Source of the DNA: Chthoniobacter flavus
GTDB lineage: Bacteria > Verrucomicrobiota > Verrucomicrobiia > Chthoniobacterales > JACTMZ01
Direction: 5' to 3'
Length of the DNA stretch: 64,000 bases
NCBI GenBank assembly: GCA_945878135.1
Contig: CAMDUL010000002.1
Coordinates: 79,349-143,348 of the forward strand
The notes under the pieces were generated by a model, which made no database searches, was not told the DNA's origin, and was given only the letters and a program-made list of their open reading frames with translations. The first letter of the stretch is position 1. Each line of letters begins with the position of its first letter. The translations under genes were made by a program, and so were the position numbers. Of the stretch, positions 48,128 through 57,445 are shown in pieces.

Positions 48128-48997
48128 ATGAACCCGTGGATCCTCGCTGCCCGCCCGCGCACCCTCGGTGCGGCTGTCGTGCCGGTGGTGACTGGTTGCG
48201 CCCTGGCCTTCTCTGCGGGTGGATTCGATCCGTTGACGTCCGCGCTCGCCCTGATTTGCGCCATCCTCATCCAAGTCGCGACGAACTACTTCAACGACGC
48301 CATCGATCACGCCAAAGGTGCCGACACCGCGGAACGGCTCGGACCCGTCCGCGCGACCAGCGCCGGATTGCTCTCGCCGCGCGCCATGATGACCGGCGGC
48401 GCCGTGTGCCTGATCCTCGCCGGTGTTCTCGCCATCCCGCTCGTCCTGCACGGCGGATGGCCAATTCTCGTGCTCGGCATTGTTTCGCTTTTTCTCGCCT
48501 ACGCCTACACCGGCGGGCCCTTCCCGCTCGCCTATCTCGGACTCGGTGAAATCTTCGTCGTTCTCTTTTTCGGAATCATCGCCGTGGCCGGAACATTTTA
48601 CCTCAACACGCTTGCGCTTTCCTCCGCCGCGCTGCTCGCCGGTCTGCAAATCGGACTGCACTCCAGTGTCCTGCTCGCGGTGAACAATCTGCGCGATCTG
48701 GAAACGGACCGTGCGGCGAACAAGCGGACACTGGCCGCGCGGTTCGGTCTGACCTTTGCCCGGCGCGAAAATGCATCGCTCGTCATCGCGCCTTTCGTCC
48801 TCGGTCTTCTCTGGCTGCCGCTCGGATATTTGTGGGCTTTTCTCCTGCCGCTCATGACGCTGCCACTCGCTTGGTGGTTGGCGCGCGCCTGCCTCGAGGC
48901 CGCGCCCGCGCGCGAAACCAACCGGCTTCTGGCCCAAGCCGCCGCATTGCACGCCGCTTTCGGACTCCTCCTTGCTCTCGCCTTCCTCCTGCCGTGA
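48128..48997 (+). CDS. menA: 1,4-dihydroxy-2-naphthoate polyprenyltransferase
   Basis: The sequences 'WILAARPRTLGAAVVPV' and the UbiA motif 'NYFNDAIDHAKGAD' are present, together with a second Asp-rich region 'NNLRDLETDRAANKRT'. Confidence 0.9.
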   Translation: MNPWILAARPRTLGAAVVPVVTGCALAFSAGGFDPLTSALALICAILIQVATNYFNDAIDHAKGADTAERLGPVRATSAGLLSPRAMMTGGAVCLILAGVLAIPLVLHGGWPILVLGIVSLFLAYAYTGGPFPLAYLGLGEIFVVLFFGIIAVAGTFYLNTLALSSAALLAGLQIGLHSSVLLAVNNLRDLETDRAANKRTLAARFGLTFARRENASLVIAPFVLGLLWLPLGYLWAFLLPLMTLPLAWWLARACLEAAPARETNRLLAQAAALHAAFGLLLALAFLLP

Positions 48998-50016
48998 AAA
49001 TTTGGACGCACCACTACACGCTGGAGCCCGGATCCGATCCGGCCCGCGCCGCGCGTAGTCCGCGTCACGGTGCACTTCTCCGCGTGGAGTTCGACGATGA
49101 AACCATCGGCCATGCCGACCTGCATCCGTGGGAGGAATTCGGCCACGCTCCCTTGGCCGAGAATCTTGGCTCGCTGCGCACGGACCAACCGACACCCTTG
49201 GCCGACCTTGCCGTGCGTCACGCGCGCATCGATGCCGCCGCACGCCGAGCCGGCCTTTCGCTTTTCGACGGAATCCCCGAAGTGCGCAGCCATGCGCTCT
49301 TCACCAATTGGGCCGCTGCGCCGCGCAGCGCATTCGAAGAGTGCGTCGTCGATGGCTACACCGCGGCCAAACTCAAGATCGGACATGATCCCGAACGCGA
49401 ATCCGCCGCACTCAACGCCCTCGCCGGTTTGCCGCTACGCTGGCGTTTGGATGCCAATGCCCAAGGTAGGGACGAGCGGCCCGCTCGTCCGCTTGATCCG
49501 ATCCGGACGAGCGGGCCGCTCGTCCCTGCCCATTTCCTCGCGCAATTGTCCGCCGGCATCCTCCGAAATATCGAATTCCTCGAAGACCCCACACCCTACA
49601 ATAGCGCCGCATGGTCCGCCCTGAGCGAACGCGAAAAAATTCCCCTCGCCCTCGACTGGGAACTTCCCTCCTCCCCGCCGCCATGGCCCGGCGCGCGAAT
49701 CCTCGTGATCAAACCCGCCTCGCAAGACGCCTTCCCCCTCGCCCTCGCCGCCGCGCACGCCGGGATGGAAATTGTCGTTACCCACAGCATGGACCATCCC
49801 CTCGGCCAAGCCGTCGCGCTCTGGACCGCCATGCGTTTACGCCAGCGGCATGGCGATCTCGTCCGCGACGGCGGCCTCCAAACCAAGGGACTTTACCAAG
49901 CGGACGAATTCAGCGCCCAAATCCGGACCCTCGGACCGCACACCGCGCCGCCCCCGGGCACGGGCTTCGGTTTCGACGGGTTGCTCGGACGACTCCCATG
50001 GAAAACCCTCCCATGA
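48994..50016 (+). CDS. menC: o-succinylbenzoate synthase (enolase superfamily), carrying a 22-aa repeat-encoded insertion
   Basis: The motifs 'KLKIG', 'RLDAN' and 'IEFLEDP' are present, with later acidic/lysine motifs. The gene lies directly after menA, with its GTG start overlapping the menA stop (GTGA). Assignment of the subfamily relies partly on this context. Confidence 0.75.
   Translation: MKIWTHHYTLEPGSDPARAARSPRHGALLRVEFDDETIGHADLHPWEEFGHAPLAENLGSLRTDQPTPLADLAVRHARIDAAARRAGLSLFDGIPEVRSHALFTNWAAAPRSAFEECVVDGYTAAKLKIGHDPERESAALNALAGLPLRWRLDANAQGRDERPARPLDPIRTSGPLVPAHFLAQLSAGILRNIEFLEDPTPYNSAAWSALSEREKIPLALDWELPSSPPPWPGARILVIKPASQDAFPLALAAAHAGMEIVVTHSMDHPLGQAVALWTAMRLRQRHGDLVRDGGLQTKGLYQADEFSAQIRTLGPHTAPPPGTGFGFDGLLGRLPWKTLP
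49465..49530. repeat. 66-nt double-hairpin palindromic element, copy 3 (inside menC, in frame)
   Basis: The element reads GGTAG-GGACGAGCGGCCCGCTCGTCC-GCTTGATCCGATCC-GGACGAGCGGGCCGCTCGTCC-CTGCC. Confidence 0.9.
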
Positions 50017-50363
50017 ACCCGCCGCCGCCCCCGGTCGTCTGGTGGGTGATTTGGGGGGCCATCATCGCCGCCTTCTTCGTGATTTTCGGTGCCTTCGAAG
50101 CCGCAGGGCAGGAGGTGGCCGTTCCGCCTGTCGCGGCCCTGCTCGCGCTCGCTCCCTTCGCCGCCTCGGCCGTGTTGCGCTTTCTCTGGCTCCCCCGCGC
50201 CGCGCGCGCGAAGAAGTTCCCGCTCTTCGTCACCGGACTCGCTCTGGCCGAAGCCGGAGGTTTCCTTGCTCTCCTTGCCGGCCCGCCGTGGAAAACGCCC
50301 TTGGCCGCCGCGGCCATCGTGATGATGATCATCCACATCCCCGCTTTCATCCGTCGCGATTGA
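50013..50363 (+). CDS. hypothetical small membrane protein
   Basis: The protein reads 'MNPPPPPVVWWVIWGAIIAAFFVIF...' and has 3-4 TM segments. Its start overlaps the menC stop (ATGA). Confidence 0.5.
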   Translation: MNPPPPPVVWWVIWGAIIAAFFVIFGAFEAAGQEVAVPPVAALLALAPFAASAVLRFLWLPRAARAKKFPLFVTGLALAEAGGFLALLAGPPWKTPLAAAAIVMMIIHIPAFIRRD

Positions 50364-50381
50364 CGGCGCGGTCGTGTCATC

Positions 50382-50777
50382 GTGAGCAACCTGACGGACA
50401 TCCTCATCGTCGGCACCGGCGGATTCGCCGGCGCGGTCGCGCGTTATCTGGCCGGCGAATGGATCCTGCACCAGACCGCGGCGGCCAAGTTCCCCTGGAG
50501 CACCCTGGCGGTCAATGTGCTCGGATGCCTCGTCATGGGCGTCCTTTCCGGACTCGCCACGCGCCTCGAATGGTTCACCCCGCAACTGCGCCTCCTGCTG
50601 CTCACCGGCGTGCTCGGCGGGTTCACCACTTTCTCGGCTTTCGGACTGGAGACGGTCTACCTGCTGCGGCGCGGCGAAGTGTTCCCGGCGGCAGCTTACG
50701 CGCTGGCCAGCGTGGTGCTGTGCGTGGCGGCGGTGTGGGGAGGGATGCGGGCGGTCGGATTCGTCCCGCGCGGTTGA
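50382..50777 (+). CDS. crcB: fluoride efflux channel CrcB/FluC
   Basis: The sequences 'GTGGFAGAVARY', 'TLAVNVLGCLVMG' and 'GVLGGFTTFSAF' are present. Confidence 0.9.
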   Translation: MSNLTDILIVGTGGFAGAVARYLAGEWILHQTAAAKFPWSTLAVNVLGCLVMGVLSGLATRLEWFTPQLRLLLLTGVLGGFTTFSAFGLETVYLLRRGEVFPAAAYALASVVLCVAAVWGGMRAVGFVPRG

Positions 50778-50781
50778 CCGC

Positions 50782-50813
50782 AAAAAAAAGGGGCCCCTTG
50801 GCAGGAGCCCCTT
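50782..50813 (-). terminator. rho-independent terminator for the minus-strand gene 50834..51442 (possibly bidirectional)
   Basis: The stem AAGGGGC/GCCCCTT (50788-94 / 50807-13) is flanked by A8 on the plus strand, which is T8 after the hairpin on the minus strand. Confidence 0.6.
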
Positions 50814-50833
50814 CTCGTGGAAATGCGGACGGA

Positions 50834-51442
50834 TTACTCGGCTTTCTGACCGGTGGCCGCGTCTTTCACCGCACTGGCGCCATCGCGCACGGCGGCGCCG
50901 GCGGTGTTGGCGGCATCGACGCCCGTCTTGGCGGTGCCTTCAACGGCGGTCGCGGCCGTGCCCACGGTGCCGCCGACGGCTCCCGCGGTGGTGCCCACGG
51001 CCTGCTTGGTCGTGTCGGTCACGGTGCCCACGGCAGCGCCGGTGGTGCCGACCACGCCGGTGCCGAGCGCCTTGGCCGCGTTGCCCAGGCCTTCGGCCGG
51101 GTTCTTGTTGATGAGGGCTTTGCTCGTGTCGACGGCGGTTTCACCGACCGACTTCGCCGTGTTGCCGACGCCTTCGACCGCGCTCTTGGCCGTGTCGAAA
51201 ATGCCTTTGCCGGCATCCATCACGGTGGTCCCGGCCTTCTCGGCCGTTCCGGTCACGGTGCCCGCCGCGTCTTGGCCGGTCTTGCTGGCCCACTCGCCTG
51301 CGGTGGCTTTGGCCTCGGTCGCGGCATCCGCCGTGGCGGTGGCTTCCTCGGCATGCACGGCAGAGGCAACGAAAAGGAGTGCTGCGCAGGAGGTGAAAAT
51401 ACGGTTTTTCAGTGGGGTGAAGTTGGATTGTGATGCTTTCAT
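50834..51442 (-). CDS. secreted Ala/Thr/Gly-rich repeat protein
   Basis: It starts 'MKASQSNFTPLKNRIFTSCAALLFVASAVHAEE' (a signal peptide). This is followed by degenerate repeats such as 'GTVTGTAEKAGTTV', 'GNTAKSVGETAVDT' and 'GTTAGAVGGTVGTAATAVEGTAKTG'. The plus-strand mirror ORF 50853..51548 was rejected. Confidence 0.55.
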   Translation of the reverse strand: MKASQSNFTPLKNRIFTSCAALLFVASAVHAEEATATADAATEAKATAGEWASKTGQDAAGTVTGTAEKAGTTVMDAGKGIFDTAKSAVEGVGNTAKSVGETAVDTSKALINKNPAEGLGNAAKALGTGVVGTTGAAVGTVTDTTKQAVGTTAGAVGGTVGTAATAVEGTAKTGVDAANTAGAAVRDGASAVKDAATGQKAE

Positions 51443-51559
51443 GATTAAGAAGCCAATTATAGGGAGGCTGTGGCAAGGGTCAAACGGCTTTGCTGTTAAT
51501 TTCCTCCCGATTGCCATTGAGGACACGGCCAAGGTGGAGGCAAACTGACTTTATCCCCC

Positions 51560-52465
51560 ATGAAACCCGACAAATTCGTCAAACGCGCCCGCGAACTGGC
51601 CGCACCATTCCGCGTCAGCTCGGGGAAAAATTTCCGCCTCAAGGACTGCAACCCGGCGGACACGCTGAAGTTCGAGAGCAAAGACAAAGGCCGCGCCAAG
51701 GAGGCGCTGGCCCAAGGCGTGGAGGCGCTCTCGGCCCTGCAGGACAAACTTTACGCCCAGGACCAGTGGGCCGTTCTCCTCATCTTCCAGGCGATGGACG
51801 CCGCGGGCAAAGACGGCGCGATCAAACACGTCATGTCCGGGGTCAATCCCCAGGGCTGCGAAGTCCACTCCTTCAAAGCCCCGACCAGCGAGGAACTCGA
51901 CCATGATTTCCTCTGGCGCTGCTCGAAACGCGTGCCGGAGCGCGGACGCATCGGCATCTTCAACCGCAGCTACTACGAGGAGACACTCGTCGTCCGCGTG
52001 CACCCGCAAATCCTTGCCAGGCAGAAAATCCCGCGCGCCGTGCTGGGCAAAGATCTCTGGAAGCAGCGCTTCGAGGATATCCGCGCCTTCGAGCGCTACC
52101 TCTCGCGCAACGGGGTGCTCGTCCGCAAATTTTTCCTCCATGTCTCCAAGGAGGAGCAGAAAAAACGCTTTCTCGAACGCATCGACCAGCCGGACAAAAA
52201 TTGGAAGTTCTCCACCGCCGACTCGCACGAGCGTCAGTTCTGGAACGACTACCAGAAGGCCTACGAGGAAACCATCCGCCACACCGCGACCCAAGAGGCC
52301 CCGTGGTATGTCGTCCCGGCCGACAACAAATGGTTCACCCGCGTCGTCGTCGCCGCCGCCCTGATCGACGCCCTCGACTCGCTCAAGCTCGATTACCCCA
52401 AAACCGGCAAAGCCCAACGCGCGGAACTCGCCGCGGCGAAAAAAGAACTCCTCGGCGAAAAGTAG
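51560..52465 (+). CDS. ppk2: polyphosphate kinase 2 family protein (single-domain)
   Basis: The sequences 'LLIFQAMDAAGKDGAIKHV' (Walker A-like), 'HDFLWRCSKRVPERGRIGIFNRSYYEE' and 'APWYVVPADNKW' are present. Confidence 0.9.
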   Translation: MKPDKFVKRARELAAPFRVSSGKNFRLKDCNPADTLKFESKDKGRAKEALAQGVEALSALQDKLYAQDQWAVLLIFQAMDAAGKDGAIKHVMSGVNPQGCEVHSFKAPTSEELDHDFLWRCSKRVPERGRIGIFNRSYYEETLVVRVHPQILARQKIPRAVLGKDLWKQRFEDIRAFERYLSRNGVLVRKFFLHVSKEEQKKRFLERIDQPDKNWKFSTADSHERQFWNDYQKAYEETIRHTATQEAPWYVVPADNKWFTRVVVAAALIDALDSLKLDYPKTGKAQRAELAAAKKELLGEK

Positions 52466-52503
52466 GCCGGCGCAACGCCTACCCGCTTTGGTGGCGGCGG
52501 TTT

Positions 52504-52529
52504 GCAAGAAAACGGGCGCAACGCCCGTT
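52504..52529 (-). terminator. possible terminator after yjbQ copy 2
   Basis: The stem AACGGGCG/CGCCCGTT (52511-18 / 52522-29) has a 3-nt loop. It is followed on the minus strand by TTCTTG, a modest T-tract. Confidence 0.4.
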
Positions 52530-52594
52530 CCCCTTGATTTCGACAGGCGCCCAAAAGCGCGGGGACGCCGGTGTGACACCCGGTCGCAGACACG

Positions 52595-53011
52595 TCACTC
52601 CCCGATGATCTTGACCAGCACACGCTTGCGGCGCAGGCCGTCGAATTCGCCGTAGAAGATTTGCTCCCACGGACCGAAGTCGAGGCGGCCTCCGGTCACC
52701 GCGACCACGACTTCTCGGCCCATGATGCTGCGCTTGAGATGGGCGTCGGCGTTGTCTTCCGCGCCATTGTGACGGTATTGGCTGTGCGGTTTCTCCGGGG
52801 CGAGCTTCTCCAGCCATTTCTCGAAGTCGGCGTGGAGTCCGCTTTCATCGTCGTTGATGAAGACGCTGGCCGTGATGTGCATGGCATTGACCAGACACAT
52901 TCCTTCTTTGATCCTGCTGGCGCGCAGGCAACGGTCGACGTCCGGCGTGATATTGACCAACCCGCGGCGGGCCGGGACTTCGAACCAGAGTTCTTCGCGG
53001 TGGGATTTCAT
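52595..53011 (-). CDS. YjbQ/UPF0047 family protein, copy 2
   Basis: The sequence '[33 protein letters not shown]...[39 protein letters not shown]' is present. Confidence 0.85.
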   Translation of the reverse strand: MKSHREELWFEVPARRGLVNITPDVDRCLRASRIKEGMCLVNAMHITASVFINDDESGLHADFEKWLEKLAPEKPHSQYRHNGAEDNADAHLKRSIMGREVVVAVTGGRLDFGPWEQIFYGEFDGLRRKRVLVKIIGE

Positions 53012-53047
53012 GGCGGGTTTTCAAACCGCGGAGGGCGGGCCGGTTCC

Positions 53048-54940
53048 CTACTCGCCGGACCGCATCAGCTCGTGCGGGATGAGGGCGGCGTATTCCTCGT
53101 GGGTGCCGCCGCGGAGGCAGCAGTCGATGATGGCACGGCCTTTCGGGTGGAGGTCTTTGTGGAGCAGGTCCTGGAGTTCGCGGTGGAAGAAGTCGGTGAG
53201 AACTCCGGCACCTTTGTCATAAGATTCCTCTCCGACTTCGGGCTGCTTGTCCACGTCGAAGAACCAGTTCCCCACGGTGCGGCCCTCGACCATGATCGAG
53301 GTCGGCAGGTAACCGAGGAGCGGACAGCGGGCCGGGTGGAGGTCTTCGGCCCCGAATTCGGCTCCGCCGCGGCGGGCGATGTATTCGCGGGCGATCCATT
53401 GCGGCATGAAGCTCACTTCCCAGGCACCGACATGCTGGTTGGGCACGAGAAGGTATTTCACCTTCGGCGTGTCGATGATCTGCTGCAGGAGAAGATTGGC
53501 CTGGTCGACCTTCCGGCCGGTGGCGAAGGGCCAGTAGGAGCCGACGCCTTCGGAACTCATGCCCTCGCTGTCGACAATGCTCGGGTTGGCGTGGCCGCGC
53601 GGGGCCACGAGGCGCCAGAGCCAGGCCAACGAGGGCGGCAGGAGATGGAAAAAGCCGATTATCCCGTAGGTGGGATGTTCGCGCGTGCAGGGCGGGCAGC
53701 GCACGCCGAGGCTGCGCACGTCGATTTCCACGGCCTTGTCGAGGATGCCGGGAATGATGCGGCGGGGAATGACGACACGCGGATTCGGACACGGCTGGCC
53801 GGGCGCGTCCTCGATGTGCTCCCAGATGAGCGCGGTGGCACCGGGATGCGCCTCGATGTTGAGGAAAAGGATTTTTTCCGCGGGCTCGATGGTCAGTTTT
53901 TCCAGATGAGGGTCGGTGCCGTAGTGGCGGATGTGGTTGACGCGGACGAACCACGCTTCCTCGGCATCGACAACGACGAGTTTGCCGGTGCCGCGATCGA
54001 GCGACGGGTGGCAGAGCGCCATGTCGTCCGTCACGGGGCGCAACTCGCAACTGCGCGGCAGGGTGAGCGTGCGTTGGTCGCCGGTGATGATGTTGCGCCC
54101 CATGAGGAGCGTGCCGTCGCTCTGGCGGTGCGGTTGCTCGAGCAGTTCGCTTTTGCCGCCGCCGCTGGCGCCTTCGTGCGAGATGACGACCTTCATGCCG
54201 TAAGGCGTGATGACTTGCACGGTGGCACCGTGCATGGTGACCCACTTCTGCCCCTCACCCACGTTGAGGAGGACGCCGTAGACGCCTTTCTTGGCACTCG
54301 GCCCGGGATAGAGGTTGTAGCTGAACAGTTCGTGGCAATGCTCGCCCCGCGCGTGGACGACGATCTGGCGTCCGTCGAAATGCGTGTGACGGAAGGGCGG
54401 CGCGACATAGATGACCGCCTTGGGCGCGAAGCCGGGCGGGATCTGCGCGGGCCCGAGCAAGCCCTGCAGCAAAGCGAGGCCGAGGGCGAAGAAGCCGGCG
54501 TTGTCCGGGGCGATGACAAAAGCATCGACGCCCTTGCCGTCCACCCCGGCGAGGAAGGGAAACACCGCGAGGTTCTGCGTCTTGAGCCAGGCGAAGGTTT
54601 CCTCGCGGACCGGACCGAAGTCGCGGCCGAAACGTTGGCGGAAGGTGGGTTTGTCCGTGGGACGGTCGTCGCCGATGACCATGCAATCCGGGTCGCGACG
54701 GCGCATGTAGGGCTCGAGGTAGTTGGCGGCGATCCCGTTCCTGACCGCGCAGACCCGCGCTTCGACCACGCGACCGCGGCCGGGCACGTCATAAGACACT
54801 TCGTGCCATCCGTTGAGTGCATCGCGCGTGGCCAAGGCGACGAGTTCATCGACGGACGAAGCCACGGTGACGCGCGGGGCGGCGTCGAGGATGGCCTGGG
54901 CTTCGGGCGGGATGGGGTAAGGAAGGTGGACTTTGGGCAT
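53048..54940 (-). CDS. uncharacterised 630-aa protein with PEPCK/HprK-like P-loop (DUF4914-like by recollection)
   Basis: It begins 'MPKVHLPYPIPPEAQ'. The central 'ISHEGASGGGKSELLEQ' resembles the GxSGxGKS/T kinase P-loop of the PEP-carboxykinase / HPr-kinase fold. The track ORF extends to 55294, but that N-terminal part is not protein-like. The DUF4914 assignment has not been checked. Confidence 0.65.
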   Translation of the reverse strand: MPKVHLPYPIPPEAQAILDAAPRVTVASSVDELVALATRDALNGWHEVSYDVPGRGRVVEARVCAVRNGIAANYLEPYMRRRDPDCMVIGDDRPTDKPTFRQRFGRDFGPVREETFAWLKTQNLAVFPFLAGVDGKGVDAFVIAPDNAGFFALGLALLQGLLGPAQIPPGFAPKAVIYVAPPFRHTHFDGRQIVVHARGEHCHELFSYNLYPGPSAKKGVYGVLLNVGEGQKWVTMHGATVQVITPYGMKVVISHEGASGGGKSELLEQPHRQSDGTLLMGRNIITGDQRTLTLPRSCELRPVTDDMALCHPSLDRGTGKLVVVDAEEAWFVRVNHIRHYGTDPHLEKLTIEPAEKILFLNIEAHPGATALIWEHIEDAPGQPCPNPRVVIPRRIIPGILDKAVEIDVRSLGVRCPPCTREHPTYGIIGFFHLLPPSLAWLWRLVAPRGHANPSIVDSEGMSSEGVGSYWPFATGRKVDQANLLLQQIIDTPKVKYLLVPNQHVGAWEVSFMPQWIAREYIARRGGAEFGAEDLHPARCPLLGYLPTSIMVEGRTVGNWFFDVDKQPEVGEESYDKGAGVLTDFFHRELQDLLHKDLHPKGRAIIDCCLRGGTHEEYAALIPHELMRSGE

Positions 54941-55094
54941 GACGGTCTGTTTGGACGCTGTGGATTTTTCCAAAGCGTGCCGGCCTTGGCCAGCAGAACC
55001 GGAAAAACCGCCGAGTGCGCAGATCACGCAGAGAAAGAGGTGAGCTGGATTCCAGCGGCGCGCTGTGAGCGCCGGTGCCTGCGAGGCAAAAGGA

Positions 55095-56366
<1,272 letters not shown>

Positions 56367-56421
56367 CCGGGAAACTAAAGGACGGAGGATATGGAACGGG
56401 GAAACTTGCCGGCCGGTTTCA

Positions 56422-57330
56422 TCATGAAAGCCCCAAGCGGCGGGCGATGCGGTCCAAGTGGTCGGATGTCACGTCGGTCAAATCCTCGGGGGGAAACGTG
56501 GACTTGGAGCGGAACCACGTCAACTGCCTTTTGGCATATTGACGGGTGGCGATGGTGAGAAGTCCGGCACAGGCGGCGCGGTCGACCGTTCCGTCGAGGA
56601 ACGCGGTGATTTCGCGCCAGCCGAGGATCTGACGGGCGGTGCGGCCGGCGAGATGGCGGGCGGCACGGACTTCGTCGATGGCGCCGGCGGTTAGACGGGC
56701 CCCGACGGAGGCCGCGATGCGGGCGTTGAGGTCGTCGCGCCCGCGGGTGAGCACGACTCCGCGCAGGCCTTCGGGAAAAGGCAACCCGGTGAGCAGCTGC
56801 GAAGCGGGCCGGCCGGTTTGCCGGCAGAGTTCCAAACGGCGGGCCACGCGGCGGGGGTTATGAACGTCGATCACAGCAAGGCTGGCGGGATCAAGGGACT
56901 GCAAGCGCGCGAGCATTTCTTTCAGTGTCATAGCACGCACTTCCTCGCGGATCGCCGGGTCGATGGAGGGAAGTTGCGGCAACCCGCGGATGAGCGCGTC
57001 GAGATAGAGTCCGCTCCCCCCGACCACGAAGGGGGTTTTATTCCTCGCCACGATGTCGCCGATGGCCTCCAAGGCGCGGATGGCGAATCGTGCGGCGTCC
57101 ATCTCCTCGCTGCAGGCCACGGTTCCGAAAAGATGATGCGGGACAAGGAACCGTTCGCGGGCGGACGGTTGGGCGCTGAGCACGGGGAACTCACGGTAAA
57201 GCTGGAAGGCATCGGCACAGACGATTTCGCCGCGGTAGTTCCGGGCCAGAGCAAGGGCGATATCCGATTTCCCGACCGAAGTCGGCCCGGCGAGAAAAAC
57301 GGCTTGGCGGAGGATGGTGCGATCGGACAC
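56422..57330 (-). CDS. miaA: tRNA dimethylallyltransferase
   Basis: The P-loop 'FLAGPTSVGKSDIALALA' is present, with 'PHHLFG' and 'YAKRQLTWFR'. The start is set at the GTG at 57330. The track's upstream extension overlaps deoA and is Arg-rich nonsense. Confidence 0.9.
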   Translation of the reverse strand: MSDRTILRQAVFLAGPTSVGKSDIALALARNYRGEIVCADAFQLYREFPVLSAQPSARERFLVPHHLFGTVACSEEMDAARFAIRALEAIGDIVARNKTPFVVGGSGLYLDALIRGLPQLPSIDPAIREEVRAMTLKEMLARLQSLDPASLAVIDVHNPRRVARRLELCRQTGRPASQLLTGLPFPEGLRGVVLTRGRDDLNARIAASVGARLTAGAIDEVRAARHLAGRTARQILGWREITAFLDGTVDRAACAGLLTIATRQYAKRQLTWFRSKSTFPPEDLTDVTSDHLDRIARRLGLS

Positions 57331-57445
57331 GGAGGACGCGGGGAAGGCAAAGCCGCGGGCGCGTTGCCTGGCCAATCTATACCGGTCCGGTCCCCGGGTG
57401 GGTAGCCCGAAGGAAGCCCGGCCCGGCGTCCACCTCGCAACCCGC

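Noticed and set aside
50364-50381. I looked for a fluoride riboswitch upstream of crcB.
   Set aside because: The gap to the preceding gene is only 18 nt, too short for the crcB RNA motif. I saw no matching conserved sequence in the upstream coding region.
50853-51548. A 231-aa plus-strand ORF mirrors the secreted repeat protein gene.
   Set aside because: It has no signal or start context. The minus-strand frame has a canonical signal peptide and is followed by a terminator with a T8 tract.
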